A DNA stretch of 61,817 bases, counting the filler. It is 4 parts of 4 records of this genome, joined end to end, with 100 filler letters (N's around TTAATTAATTAA, not from the genome) between each part and the next. Parts side by side here need not be neighbours in the genome. Positions count along the whole stretch, not along the records: positions 1 to 25,172 come from DRR723986_4147; positions 25,273 to 44,992 come from DRR723986_4153; 2 more parts are not named here. One strand, given 5' to 3'. Each line of letters begins with the position of its first letter. Position 1 is the stretch's first letter. This document shows positions 22,934 through 33,298 of this stretch, piece after piece. The notes under the pieces are model-generated. The model saw only the letters and a list, made by a program, of their open reading frames with translations. It was not told where the DNA came from and did not search any database. The position numbers and the translations under genes were made by a program.

Positions 22934-23407
22934 TCAGTCCTCCGAATAGTCTTCTTCAGGCCCCGTCATCTTGCCAAGGAACTTCTCAAAGTCAGAAGCT
23001 TCGCGGAAGTTTCGGTAAACCGATGCGTACCGCACATATGCGACTTGATCGAGGCTTTCCAGCCCTTCCATCATCAAGCGCCCAATCTGGTCAGACTGAA
23101 CTTCGCTTTCACCCATAGATTCGAGCCTGCGAACAATACCATTTACCATGCGCTCAACCTGCTCCGGGTCAACTGGCCTTTTCCTCAGAGCAATGTCCAG
23201 CGAGCGCTCCAGCTTATTTCTTTCAAATGGTACTTTGCGGCCATTTTTCTTAGCAACCGTTAATTCACGCAACTGTACGCGCTCAAACGTTGTGAACCGA
23301 GCACCACATGCAGGACAATAACGGCGACGGCGGATCGCAGCTTTATCTTCTGACGGTCTGCTATCTTTTACCTGTGTATCTTCGTTCTGACAAAACGGAC
23401 AACGCAT
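22934..23407 (-). CDS. nrdR: Transcriptional repressor NrdR
   Basis: [36 protein letters not shown]-cone, [10 protein letters not shown]. Confidence 0.98.
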   Translation of the reverse strand: MRCPFCQNEDTQVKDSRPSEDKAAIRRRRYCPACGARFTTFERVQLRELTVAKKNGRKVPFERNKLERSLDIALRKRPVDPEQVERMVNGIVRRLESMGESEVQSDQIGRLMMEGLESLDQVAYVRYASVYRNFREASDFEKFLGKMTGPEEDYSED

Positions 23408-23482
23408 TGGCGACCAGCCCCCTCTTTTCCCAAATATTGTGTTACGGTCAGTATCTATTCATAAATACATGTAGCGAGAAGC

Positions 23483-24769
23483 TTAGCTTTCGTAAATGGG
23501 GAACCTTGAACAAAGTGCATCCACAGATTGCCTCACCGATGCTTCAGCTTCAGAATTATTGTCAGGGTTAGCTGCCAAACCATCAATAACCAGCGTAATC
23601 ATGTCGGCTATTTGCTCAAACTCTTTAACACCGAAGCCGCGCGTCGTACCAGCAGGTGTGCCCAAACGAATACCCGAAGTAACAAACGGTTTTTCCGGGT
23701 CAAAAGGAACACCATTTTTGTTACATGTCATATAAGCACGCTCCAAAGCCTCATCTGCGGCTTTGCCCGTAATGCCTTTAGGTCTCAAATCAACAAGTAC
23801 AACATGGGTGTCTGTGCCATCTGAAACAATATCAAAACCGTTGGACTTTAAGCGAGCCGCTAAAGCTTTTGCATTCGTAATAACCTGGGCAGAGTATTTC
23901 TTAAATTCAGGCCGAAGAGCCTCACCAAATGCCACGGCTTTAGCTGCAATCACATGCATTAATGGTCCGCCCTGCAAGCCAGGAAAAACAGCCGAATTGA
24001 TCTTTTTCGCAATCGCTTCATTGTTGGTTAGCACCATACCACCACGTGGACCACGCAAAGTTTTATGCGTAGTTGTGGTAACCACATCTGCATATTCAAG
24101 GGGGTTTTCGTGCACACCACCAGCGACCAAGCCTGCGAAATGCGCCATATCGACAAGGAAAGTCGCGTCTATTGAATTTGCAATTTCTCTAAACTTGGCA
24201 AAGTCAATGGCACGTGGATAAGCGGAACCGCCAGCAATAATAAGGCCCGGCTTATGCTCCTTGGCCATTTCTGCAACCTGATCATAGTCAATCAATGCAT
24301 CTTCACGGCGCACGCCGTATTGAACTGCGTTATACCATTTCCCTGACAAAGCTGGCGCTGCACCATGAGTTAGATGGCCACCAGCATCCAGCGACATGCC
24401 CATTATTGTGTCTCCAGGCTTGGTGAGCGCTAGCATTACTGCACCATTAGCCTGTGCACCTGAGTGGGGCTGGACATTAACATATCCAGCATTAAAAAGC
24501 TTTTTCGCACGCTCTACGGCCAAGGTTTCGGCAATATCCACATGATGGCAACCCTGATAGTAACGCCGACCAGAATATCCTTCGGCATATTTATTCGTCA
24601 AAACAGACCCTTGAGCTTCCAATACCGCCTTGCTGACAATATTTTCCGATGCAATCAGTTCAATTTGATTTTGTTGGCGCTTTAATTCGCCGTCTAATGA
24701 CAGCTTTAATTCTGGGTCTGTCGCCGCCAAATCAGCTGAAAAAAATCCATCTTGAGTATATTCGCTCAT
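23483..24769 (-). CDS. glyA: Serine hydroxymethyltransferase
   Basis: [35 protein letters not shown]. Confidence 0.99.
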   Translation of the reverse strand: MSEYTQDGFFSADLAATDPELKLSLDGELKRQQNQIELIASENIVSKAVLEAQGSVLTNKYAEGYSGRRYYQGCHHVDIAETLAVERAKKLFNAGYVNVQPHSGAQANGAVMLALTKPGDTIMGMSLDAGGHLTHGAAPALSGKWYNAVQYGVRREDALIDYDQVAEMAKEHKPGLIIAGGSAYPRAIDFAKFREIANSIDATFLVDMAHFAGLVAGGVHENPLEYADVVTTTTHKTLRGPRGGMVLTNNEAIAKKINSAVFPGLQGGPLMHVIAAKAVAFGEALRPEFKKYSAQVITNAKALAARLKSNGFDIVSDGTDTHVVLVDLRPKGITGKAADEALERAYMTCNKNGVPFDPEKPFVTSGIRLGTPAGTTRGFGVKEFEQIADMITLVIDGLAANPDNNSEAEASVRQSVDALCSRFPIYES

Positions 24770-24794
24770 ATTGCTCGCCTTCGTAAATTAGCCG

Positions 24795-25172
24795 TTAGCT
24801 ACTAAGTTTATCAACGCGCCTCTGGTGGCGGCCGCCTTCAAATTCAGTTGTTAAAAAATATTCTAGGCAATCTAGCGCGGTTTCAACGCCTATGAGGCGC
24901 GCGCCCAGCGCTAATACATTCGCATCGTTATGTTGCCTTGCCAGTTTTGCAGAAAGGCCAGAATGACAAACAGCAGCACGCACTGCGGGATTTCTGTTGG
25001 CAGCTATTGAGATACCGATTCCACTACCGCATATTAACACACCACGAGTGACTTGCCCGGATGATACAGCATCGGCAACAGCCTTACCATATTCAGGATA
25101 ATCAACAGAATCCGTGCTCGTAGTTCCAAGATCAAGCACCTCAAGGCCACGTTCATCAAGCACTTTTTTGAA
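24795..25172 (-). CDS. rpiB: Ribose-5-phosphate isomerase B (5' truncated by contig end)
   Basis: SVDYPEY, CGSGIGISIAAN, HNDANVLALGAR, FEGGRHQRRV. Confidence 0.96.
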   Translation of the reverse strand, partial: FKKVLDERGLEVLDLGTTSTDSVDYPEYGKAVADAVSSGQVTRGVLICGSGIGISIAANRNPAVRAAVCHSGLSAKLARQHNDANVLALGARLIGVETALDCLEYFLTTEFEGGRHQRRVDKLSS

Positions 25173-25272
25173 NNNNNNNNNNNNNNNNNNNNNNNNNNNN
25201 NNNNNNNNNNNNNNNNTTAATTAATTAANNNNNNNNNNNNNNNNNNNNNNNNNNNNNNNNNNNNNNNNNNNN
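25173..25272. other. Artificial contig spacer (N44-TTAATTAATTAA-N44)
   Basis: N runs around a six-frame stop linker; identical spacer appears three times. Confidence 0.98.
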
Positions 25273-25311
25273 TTGCGTGCGGATCGCCTCCGCCATGCGC
25301 CGGAGTATCAT
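25273..25311 (-). CDS. N-terminal fragment (MILRRMAEAIRTQ) of an uncharacterised membrane-anchored protein, cut by contig end
   Basis: ATG overlaps the TGA of the upstream gene (ATGA); 13 open codons up to the gap; resembles the common MILRR...QNW hypothetical N-terminus. Confidence 0.55.
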
Positions 25312-26069
25312 GGGGAAAGTGCTCCTTTAACAAGGGTTGCCCAAGCATTGCCAAAGCCAACGGTGAAAATGCCAATTGTCATGGCAAGGCACACAAGCGT
25401 GCCAATGATGGTGGCAGTGTGAATGCGCTTGAGCGTATGCATATCATACAGCATCAGGGCCGTGACAAAGCCATATTGAATGATGATGCCAGCATCAATT
25501 TCGCGCGGTGCGCCCATGGCGGCAGCAAGGCGGAAGGTGGCCGCCAGCATCATGGCCACACCGGCCAGCACCATGTATCTTTTGTGAAAGTCGCCCAGCG
25601 CGCGCATGCGGTAGGCAAGGCCGTACAAAAGCGCAAAGCCCGCAAGACTTGAAAAAGACAGGTAAACTGCAAGCTCCGGCGCGCTCACGCCTTCGCTGAT
25701 GCGGCGGGCATATGTCTCCAAAGTTACAAGCGTGCCAGAGATAAGAATTGCCACCATGAGAACCGGGCTTAGCGCGCCGAGCTTCATGTGACGCGCGGTA
25801 TTGCGCCCGGCTATCAAATTAGCCTGCAAGCATACGAGACTGTACCAGCCAACCATGATCAAGGCATGCACCGCTATTGTTAGGGTAATATTGGGCGTGC
25901 GGGCGGGCACCATGACGGCGCGGCCAGCAAAGCCTGCGAGCACGACAACCAGCGACGCCAGCGCGAAATAAAAGAAAAACCGGCTTGTTTTAACGGCCAT
26001 CGTTGCTTTTGGCGCTTCCGAATGCGCAACAGCTGGCCGCTTAACCCGTTTGTTTTTGGAAACCGGCAC
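25308..26069 (-). CDS. Uncharacterised multi-pass membrane protein with conserved His (paralog 2); start may be ATG at 26000
   Basis: About 7 TM helices; HALIMVGW...Q..L.....HMKLG and FHKRYM motifs shared with the adjacent gene. Confidence 0.8.
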   Translation of the reverse strand: MPVSKNKRVKRPAVAHSEAPKATMAVKTSRFFFYFALASLVVVLAGFAGRAVMVPARTPNITLTIAVHALIMVGWYSLVCLQANLIAGRNTARHMKLGALSPVLMVAILISGTLVTLETYARRISEGVSAPELAVYLSFSSLAGFALLYGLAYRMRALGDFHKRYMVLAGVAMMLAATFRLAAAMGAPREIDAGIIIQYGFVTALMLYDMHTLKRIHTATIIGTLVCLAMTIGIFTVGFGNAWATLVKGALSP

Positions 26070-26819
26070 CTAGAAGCCCGCAACCCAATGAGCGACAGGC
26101 GCCCAAAAACCCGTAGCGATAGACACTGGTACGCCGAAAAACACCACAGCCCACACAGGCAGCGCCCACCAATAGGTACGATCAACCTTGCCCGTTTTAA
26201 TCTTGTCATAAATGGGGCCTGCAACAATGAACGCCGTGAAGGTTAATGGTATCATCAAGCCACCATTTTCAGGTGCTGGTATGTCGCCAACCCACCATTG
26301 CACCACCCGGAACATGCCGGGGGTGACAAACAAACAGGAGGCCATATAGATGAAGCGCTTATGCAGTTGTGGCTGCTTTCGCTTTCCAAGGGCGGCCCCC
26401 ACCAGCAGCGTAAATAATGTAAGGTCGATAACGGGGGCAACGCCCAGTGTCTCTGCGTTATAGCGCTGGAACTCATTGGTGGAGGCGATACCAATTTTTG
26501 TCATAGCCACAAATGTTAAAACGCCCGTGACAACAAACAGCAAGGCTATCAGGGCACCGACTTTGCCAAGCGTCATATGCAGTGCGCGGTTGCCCACAGC
26601 CACCAAATGTGTTTGCACGATGTAAGCCAGCAACCATAGTGTACCAATCAGAGCATGAATATCGATATAAGGGTTTTTATGTTCAAAAGCACCGTCAGCA
26701 ATGGGGATGAAATAGGTTGTGGAAAAGCCGCCAATCACCACGACGAAAATAAGCAATGATATGACACCAAAAAAACTGGTGTTAAAGCGCGGCTTTGCGC
26801 GCTTGGCTGCGTCTGTCAC
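26070..26819 (-). CDS. Uncharacterised multi-pass membrane protein with conserved His (paralog 1)
   Basis: HALIGTLW...QTHLV..GN.ALHMTLG and LHKRFI motifs; GTG at 26819 with GGGGGA RBS (ORF is open to 26849). Confidence 0.8.
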   Translation of the reverse strand: MTDAAKRAKPRFNTSFFGVISLLIFVVVIGGFSTTYFIPIADGAFEHKNPYIDIHALIGTLWLLAYIVQTHLVAVGNRALHMTLGKVGALIALLFVVTGVLTFVAMTKIGIASTNEFQRYNAETLGVAPVIDLTLFTLLVGAALGKRKQPQLHKRFIYMASCLFVTPGMFRVVQWWVGDIPAPENGGLMIPLTFTAFIVAGPIYDKIKTGKVDRTYWWALPVWAVVFFGVPVSIATGFWAPVAHWVAGF

Positions 26820-26886
26820 TTTTGTCCCCCGACTATGTTCTCGACCCATATATTATGGTCTGGTAACAAGCCGTCTAAGTCAAGGT

Positions 26887-27228
26887 TTATAAAGGGTTAG
26901 CACCTATAGTGTTACGGCTTCTTGTTCGCAAAATAAGATAGAAAGCCAGCGCCACAGCAACACCGGGTACAAAGCACAAAATAATCGCAACCCAGCCATG
27001 GCGCACGCCCAGCGCCTTTCGCTCGTACAACACCCAAACCGTGAGTATCAGCCCAGTTAATATGGCATCAAGCGAATAGCCACTGGAATACGGGTTCACA
27101 AACCCGGCGGCAAAAGCACCCACCACATCGCCGGTCTCAAGTAACGGCGGCACTACAATGACAACAAAGGCCACAGCGAAGGCCGCGCCCAAAAGGGTCA
27201 CCAAAATTTCAAATACAGGTTTGGGCAT
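26887..27228 (-). CDS. Small membrane protein, DUF2834-like
   Basis: Three hydrophobic helices, FVNPYSSGYSLD, PGVAVALAFYL. Confidence 0.7.
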   Translation of the reverse strand: MPKPVFEILVTLLGAAFAVAFVVIVVPPLLETGDVVGAFAAGFVNPYSSGYSLDAILTGLILTVWVLYERKALGVRHGWVAIILCFVPGVAVALAFYLILRTRSRNTIGANPL

Positions 27229-27280
27229 TATTTCCCTTCCAAGCGTCTATTTTATAGGTATTCGCCGGTTTTGATTGCCT

Positions 27281-28333
27281 CTAGTGTTCGCCGCTTTCTG
27301 GTTTTGCGCATTTTGCGGCTTCAAAGCATAACGCATCGCCGCCTGCGGGGATTTTACCGCTTTTGTCCAAAATACCATCAAGTCGTATGTGTGCAATTGA
27401 GGGCTCATTACCGCCTTTTCCGCCAATGGTCACCAGAGATATATGGTCAAACGAGCTTGCCGACGCCGCATTTTGCCCGCCACCGGTGGTGCCCAAAATA
27501 ATATGATCGCGCCCAGCGCGTTGATGATATTGCATTTCATGAAAATGACCATTGATCAGCGTATAAGGTCGGACCTGCAAAGCGGCTTCAACTTCGCCGA
27601 AGCTGTCCCATCCGTCATTCATCCAAACCGGCTTGTGCATAAATACAAAGGTCCAGCGCACGTCAGGGTTTTCCGCAATTGCTTTTGCAAAATAAGCGGC
27701 CTGCTCTGCGCCAATTTTACCGGTCGTGCGCTCGCGCATTTGAAAATATTCACTAGCCTGCGCTTTTTCATCCTCGCCTGCATCGAAAAGTTCGATGGCC
27801 TTCACGCGCGCATCAAAAATCTCGCGCATACGGTCATCGGTATAGTCTTCGCTATCCATAAACAAAAATAAGACATCGCGGTATATGAAGTGTGAGTAGC
27901 GCGGTCCGTATCGCTCGGCCCATTGTTTACGCACCTCAGGGTGTGTCAGGTCGTGATTGCCGCCAACCCGCACGAGGGGAGCACCGATAACGGCAGCACG
28001 CTCATCGAACGAATTAAACTCACGGGTAAACGTGTCTGGGTTGGTGGTGCCGCCGTCAACCAAATCCCCCACGCTGACTACAAACTCAGGCCGTAAAAGC
28101 GCAAGCTGAGCCGCGGCAACATTAAATATGCCTTCGCGCTCCCCGCCGTTCAGGTCGGAGATAATGGCAAAGGTGAATTTATCAGCGCCCTCGTCAACTG
28201 GTATGTTGTCCCACGGAGTGGGCGCGCCAACATCGTGCTCAAATGATGGCGATGTTTGGTCTTGTTCGGGCGCACAGGCCATCAAAAGCCCAATCAACAG
28301 GCCCGCCGAAACGGTATTGATAAATTTGGCCAC
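27281..28333 (-). CDS. Calcineurin-like metallophosphoesterase lipoprotein
   Basis: Lipobox LMAC; SDLNGG, GDLVDG, GNHD, FMHKP, GHFH motifs. Confidence 0.88.
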   Translation of the reverse strand: MAKFINTVSAGLLIGLLMACAPEQDQTSPSFEHDVGAPTPWDNIPVDEGADKFTFAIISDLNGGEREGIFNVAAAQLALLRPEFVVSVGDLVDGGTTNPDTFTREFNSFDERAAVIGAPLVRVGGNHDLTHPEVRKQWAERYGPRYSHFIYRDVLFLFMDSEDYTDDRMREIFDARVKAIELFDAGEDEKAQASEYFQMRERTTGKIGAEQAAYFAKAIAENPDVRWTFVFMHKPVWMNDGWDSFGEVEAALQVRPYTLINGHFHEMQYHQRAGRDHIILGTTGGGQNAASASSFDHISLVTIGGKGGNEPSIAHIRLDGILDKSGKIPAGGDALCFEAAKCAKPESGEH

Positions 28334-28411
28334 GATAAAGCTCCTTTACTTTCAATGCGGTTCTTTGATGAAGGCGTTGCACCCTAGCGCCAAAGCGCTA
28401 TTTTCAGCCTA

Positions 28412-29875
28412 TTACTCGCCAGAAGCACGGCGGATCATCCGCTCGTAAAAGGTCACTGATTTGCCAAGGTCGGCCACCGCTGCACGTTCATTAGTGCCGT
28501 GAAAACCTGAAAACTGCTCCAGCGTCATCACCACTGGCGTAAAGCGGAATGTCTCTTCGGTTACATCGGCATAAAAACGCGAGTCTGTTGCGCCCACGAC
28601 CAAGCTCGGCGCAACCGCGATAGGGCCAAAGGCATCGCCCAGTGAGGCCGTGATAAGACTGTAAGCCGCGCCGTTAATGTCACTTGGTGCGGGCGGGTTA
28701 TTGGGTTTGGCATAAATCGAAACCTCAATATCATCACCGACCAATTTCTGGGTGCGGGCGAAAATCTCATCAATGGTATTACGCGGATGAATACGAAAGT
28801 TAATCAACGCGCGGGCTTCCTGCGGCAAGATATTTTCTTTTGACCCGCCATTGAAAACCGTTGCCGCCGTTGTTGTCCGGTACTGCGCGGCTGAATAAGC
28901 AGGCTCGGAGAGGCTGGCCTTCACCAAAGGCTCAAACAGCCACAAATTTGCCGCCGCCAACCGCTGCATGAAGGGCATTTCACCCGCAATGGCACGCAAG
29001 TTGGCCGCGTCCGCTGCGTCTATCTCAATAGGGAACGGGTTTGACTGCACAGCATCAACGGCGCGCGCAAGCTTGCTCACCGCCGTGTCTGCACGCGGCG
29101 TAGATGAATGGCCACCGCCATCACGTGCAATCAGTTCAAGCGTCAGAAAGCCTTTTTCAGCCAAGCCAACCACCGCCAGCGGGCCATCGATAAAATCAAG
29201 AAAGCCCTCCAGAATGGTCAGGCCTTCGTCCAATATCCATTCGAACTTTATGCCTCGGCTTTTCAGGGTTTCAACAATTTTTACCGCACCGCGTTGGCCG
29301 CTGATTTCTTCGTCGTGCCCAAAGGCCAGATAAATATCTTGCTTTGGTTGAAAGCCCTCATTTGTGAGTTTTTCAACCGCTTCCATCACCAGTACAACCG
29401 TTGATTTGTCATCAACTGAACCACGCCCCCACACAAAGCCATCGGCGATGGCACCAGAAAAAGGCGGGTGGGTCCAGGTATCCTCGGTGCCGGGCTCTAT
29501 CGGCACTACATCCATGTGTCCAAGAAAGCCAATGGGTGCTTTGCTGGCGTCCTTGCCTTCCCAACGATATAGCAAGGAATAGTCGTTTACAGTTTCGCGC
29601 GATAAGGTGCGGTGCGCACTAGGGTAGGTTTGCTGGAGCCAACTGTGAAACGCGAGAAAGGCCTCGCTTTCCGTCTCTGCGGTAGGCGACCATGAAATGG
29701 TTTTCATCTGCACGGCTTCACTGAGATGCTGCGCAACAATTGCCTCATCATAAACTGGCGCAGATGCTTCCGGCACATCTAAGTACGGCGGGGGCAGATC
29801 ACCAGCGCGCCATACCGACACCCCCAGAAGCACAACAATAACCAGCGCGACCGCGCTCAAAAACTTGCCCATCAA
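28412..29875 (-). CDS. M20 family peptidase/amidohydrolase (PM20D1/carboxypeptidase S-like)
   Basis: N-terminal anchor, GHMDVVP, WGRGSVDDK, GHDEE, LDEG, GGHSS, GATDSR, HGTNER. Confidence 0.92.
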   Translation of the reverse strand: MMGKFLSAVALVIVVLLGVSVWRAGDLPPPYLDVPEASAPVYDEAIVAQHLSEAVQMKTISWSPTAETESEAFLAFHSWLQQTYPSAHRTLSRETVNDYSLLYRWEGKDASKAPIGFLGHMDVVPIEPGTEDTWTHPPFSGAIADGFVWGRGSVDDKSTVVLVMEAVEKLTNEGFQPKQDIYLAFGHDEEISGQRGAVKIVETLKSRGIKFEWILDEGLTILEGFLDFIDGPLAVVGLAEKGFLTLELIARDGGGHSSTPRADTAVSKLARAVDAVQSNPFPIEIDAADAANLRAIAGEMPFMQRLAAANLWLFEPLVKASLSEPAYSAAQYRTTTAATVFNGGSKENILPQEARALINFRIHPRNTIDEIFARTQKLVGDDIEVSIYAKPNNPPAPSDINGAAYSLITASLGDAFGPIAVAPSLVVGATDSRFYADVTEETFRFTPVVMTLEQFSGFHGTNERAAVADLGKSVTFYERMIRRASGE

Positions 29876-29912
29876 AACCCTCCCCAGGTGGAAATATTAG
29901 GCCAACACTTTC

Positions 29913-31943
29913 CTATTTTTCCGCTTTTTTATCATCTTTTTCAGCAGCAACCGGATATACGAATTCAGCCTTGTCGGCAGCAAATAAATACTCCCGAAAC
30001 CAACTTAAAGCATGCTCAGTGATCGCCCGCCGTGTTTTCGGCTTCGAGGGGCCATGACCCATACCACTGTAGACTATCATCCGCGCTTCCACGCCCTTGT
30101 CCAAAAGCAACTGCCGAAACTGGTACCCGTTAGCGATTGGCACCCGCGCATCATTCTGGCCGTGCTGCACAAGCACCGGTGTTTTGGCGTTATCTATATA
30201 GGTAACCGGCGACGTTTTGGCATAAACAGCGTCATCCGCTAACGGCGTGGCACCAAAATATTCCGTTGTGAACTGCGTGATATCGGTGTTGTAATAATAG
30301 GTGCGCCAATCGCTGATGCCCGCGCCCATAATGGCAGCTGTACAGATGTCAGAGTATGTTGCCAGCATGGCCGAGATATGCCCGCCCTGGCTCCAACCCA
30401 GACAGGCTACCTTTTCAGAGTCCACAAGTCCTTGTTCAACCAGCATTCCCACACCTGCGATAATGTCCCGCGCCGGGCCAATGCCCAAATTCTTCAAATT
30501 ACTGGTCTGAAAGGCTTCACCGTATCCTGCACTACCGCGGTAATTGGTTTGCAGCACCAGGGCACCCTCGCCTTCAGCGGCCAGCACTTCAGGATGATAG
30601 ATCGAGCGTGAGCTGGACAAAAATGGCCGGTCGGTACCGGTAGGTCCTCCGTGCGTGCGCACATACAGCGGATAGCGTTTGCCTTCCTCGAACCCAACAG
30701 GTTTGGTTAGCACACCTTCAATCTCTAGGCCGTTATCACTTTGCCACCGGATCAACTCTCTCGTGGGCTTTTCCATTGTTGCCACTTGGGCGGAAAAATC
30801 TGTGAGTTTGGCGGTTTTATTACCAGTTGAAACCATGACCTCCGCCAACATATCACCGGTAACATTCATATAAGCCAGTGTTTGCCCGTTAGTTGAAGCG
30901 CTATACCCGAACACGTTATTTTCCGCTGGGCTTAAACGCTGCAATTCACCAGACTTTGCCTGCATTTTAAAAAGCGCAATGCTGGTGCGCGCACCCGCGG
31001 TAAACAACAGGTCGTCGCCAGAATACCGCAGCAAGTTCGCGTCATAGGTAGGCATGTCGATGGTTTGTGCGTCGCCGCCTTTGGCGCTGCGAATGACAAT
31101 ATCAGAAAGGGTCGGAAAACCGGTGGCATTGGTGTAGGCCAGCTTCGCGCCATCCGTATGCCATACCGGCGTTGACTTAACGCCGTAATCATCATCAATC
31201 AATTTCAGCTCACCGCCAGCGGCATCCATCACATACATGCGGCCATTTAAAAGATCGGCCAGATGCGGGCTGGGCCAAGTGGCAAAGGCAACCTGCTCAC
31301 CGCTCGGCGACAAGGAAAAGCCTGTAACCGAATAGTCGCGCCCTTTGGTCAATTGCTCGGGCTTACCGTCCAGTGTCATATCTGCATTAAGGGCCACCCG
31401 CCAAACATGCCGGTAACCGCCGTCTTCGCGCACAACATTATAGCTACCATAGCGCTTTTCGCGTGCATCCATCAGCTTTTTGTCTTCTGGCCCAGCTGTA
31501 AAATAAAGCGCGCTACCATCAGGGGCAAAAGCAAGGCTACCTGCACCTTTAATATCAAAGTCAGGCATCATAGGCTCACCGCCCGCCGCCCGTATGAAAC
31601 TCAGCTTACCGTCACGCATAAACGCAATCCACTGGCTGTCGGCGGACCATTCAAAGTTGCCAACACTGTCTTCCCCATGCGTTAGTTGCACTGGGGCACC
31701 GCCAGCAGTGGGCACCACCCATAGCTGCGACATGTCTTTGTCGTTCTCAAAGTCGTTCTCAAAAGTTCTGTAGGCTACATGCGTACCAGAGGGAGAAATT
31801 TCGGCATTTCGCGCAACCTTCAATTCCAGAAATTGGTCAAGTACCGTTACCTCAGAAGCGTCATCCATTGCCCCTACACCCGATAACGCCATACCGAACG
31901 GCGACGCTAACACACACAGTATCGCAACCATTTTTCTCATCAT
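29913..31943 (-). CDS. S9 family prolyl oligopeptidase/acylaminoacyl peptidase, exported
   Basis: Signal peptide, beta-propeller repeats, HGGP, NYRGSAGYG, GWSQGG nucleophile, D(ARVP) and GH triad residues. Confidence 0.93.
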   Translation of the reverse strand: MMRKMVAILCVLASPFGMALSGVGAMDDASEVTVLDQFLELKVARNAEISPSGTHVAYRTFENDFENDKDMSQLWVVPTAGGAPVQLTHGEDSVGNFEWSADSQWIAFMRDGKLSFIRAAGGEPMMPDFDIKGAGSLAFAPDGSALYFTAGPEDKKLMDAREKRYGSYNVVREDGGYRHVWRVALNADMTLDGKPEQLTKGRDYSVTGFSLSPSGEQVAFATWPSPHLADLLNGRMYVMDAAGGELKLIDDDYGVKSTPVWHTDGAKLAYTNATGFPTLSDIVIRSAKGGDAQTIDMPTYDANLLRYSGDDLLFTAGARTSIALFKMQAKSGELQRLSPAENNVFGYSASTNGQTLAYMNVTGDMLAEVMVSTGNKTAKLTDFSAQVATMEKPTRELIRWQSDNGLEIEGVLTKPVGFEEGKRYPLYVRTHGGPTGTDRPFLSSSRSIYHPEVLAAEGEGALVLQTNYRGSAGYGEAFQTSNLKNLGIGPARDIIAGVGMLVEQGLVDSEKVACLGWSQGGHISAMLATYSDICTAAIMGAGISDWRTYYYNTDITQFTTEYFGATPLADDAVYAKTSPVTYIDNAKTPVLVQHGQNDARVPIANGYQFRQLLLDKGVEARMIVYSGMGHGPSKPKTRRAITEHALSWFREYLFAADKAEFVYPVAAEKDDKKAEK

Positions 31944-32067
31944 AATTCTCCAGACCTTTTGAGCAGTTTGCCAACACTATGCCTAAAGCTGTATAGAAAT
32001 CAAAAAGTCTAACGCGCACCGCAAAATAATTGCGCCAAAAACACACGAATGCGAGGGCACAAAAACC

Positions 32068-33222
32068 ATGGAACCAGCTCAAATTTCTGTGCCTCTCAGG
32101 GAGTTGGTCAATGTTGTGACATTGGCGATTAGCCTGATGTTTGCGCTGTTTCTTTTAAGTCCGCGTTTTAGAAAGCTGCCTGAAAGTGTTTTCCTGATCG
32201 TCGCGCTGCTCGTAATGGCCTCCATCAAGCTGGACCAGCTTTATCAAATGCTAGGTGGCTGGGCCATAGCGCCGCAATATGGTTTTGTCCTGGCGCCGTT
32301 TCAATGGGTGATGACACCTAGCTTATATTTTTTCGTACGGGCAAAAACCACAACCGACTTTGCGCTGCGTCCGCGTGACAGTCTGCACCTGCTGCCTTTT
32401 CTTGCCTCATTGGTTTATTTCAGCGCTGTTTATTATTCCCTGCCTTTACCGGAAAAACTATCGCTGCTGCAGTCTGGCTGGCTAAGCAGCACCGGCAACC
32501 GCCTGGTAATACCCGTGGCAGGTGATATTTTTCAGCTGACATACCTCTATGCGGCGCTTTTGTTGCTGCGCGATCATGGTATGCGGTTGAAAGACTGGTT
32601 TTCCAGTGTTGAGAAGCGAGAGTTTCGCTGGCTGAAGCGCATTCTTATTTTGTGGGCCGCCATTTTTCTGTTCCATATGGGGTTGGTTAGCTTCGCCGCA
32701 CTTGGAGCGCGCGTCAGTAATATTTTGGTCATTCTGGACATCATGAATGTAATTCACCTAGCCATCGCAATTGCCCTTCCGGCCTCTGCTATTAGCGATT
32801 ATTTTGACCGTTCGCCATTAGCGCAGCCAATTTCTGTGCGGCTCCGTTCAGCACAAATACCGGACAATCAAAGGCAAGCTTTTTTCCAAAAATTGACGTC
32901 TTTCATGACCACCAAAAAGCCTTATTTGCAGACTGACCTAAGCCTGAAAGGATTGGCAGAAACCTTGGCCATGACACCGCGCGAGTTGTCCGAGGTGATT
33001 AACACGGAAAGCAAAATGAACTTTTTCGAATTTATTAACCGTTACAGGATTGATGAAGCAAAGCGTATCTTGGTGGCCCATCCTGAAAAGCGGGTTCTTG
33101 ATATTGCTTTCGCCGCTGGGTTCAATTCAAAATCCGCCTTTAACGATGCTTTCAAAAAGCAAACTAATATGTCACCCAGTGCCTTTAGAAACCATGAAAT
33201 TAAACAAGAAAAAACGACCTGA
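32068..33222 (+). CDS. Membrane-anchored AraC family transcriptional regulator
   Basis: Multi-TM N-terminus; C-terminal KPYL..DLSLKGLA...NFFEFINRYRIDEAK...GFNSKSAFNDAFKKQT HTH. Confidence 0.92.
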   Translation: MEPAQISVPLRELVNVVTLAISLMFALFLLSPRFRKLPESVFLIVALLVMASIKLDQLYQMLGGWAIAPQYGFVLAPFQWVMTPSLYFFVRAKTTTDFALRPRDSLHLLPFLASLVYFSAVYYSLPLPEKLSLLQSGWLSSTGNRLVIPVAGDIFQLTYLYAALLLLRDHGMRLKDWFSSVEKREFRWLKRILILWAAIFLFHMGLVSFAALGARVSNILVILDIMNVIHLAIAIALPASAISDYFDRSPLAQPISVRLRSAQIPDNQRQAFFQKLTSFMTTKKPYLQTDLSLKGLAETLAMTPRELSEVINTESKMNFFEFINRYRIDEAKRILVAHPEKRVLDIAFAAGFNSKSAFNDAFKKQTNMSPSAFRNHEIKQEKTT

Positions 33223-33298
33223 AACATGCATTCGGTCGCCTGATCAATAGGCGTTGCTATCCTTTGGCTACAAAAAAACACCAACAGAGGATAGATGA

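Noticed and set aside
25217..25228. TTAATTAATTAA palindrome repeated three times
   Set aside because: Six-frame stop linker embedded in Ns, so not biological; ORFs running into the Ns (44857, 45045, 54914, 55110) have artefactual ends
31969..31985. Possible sigma-54 promoter (AGGCATAGTGTTGGCA, minus strand) before the S9 peptidase
   Set aside because: GG-N10-GC spacing fits, but the flanks deviate from consensus and no enhancer-like sites are seen
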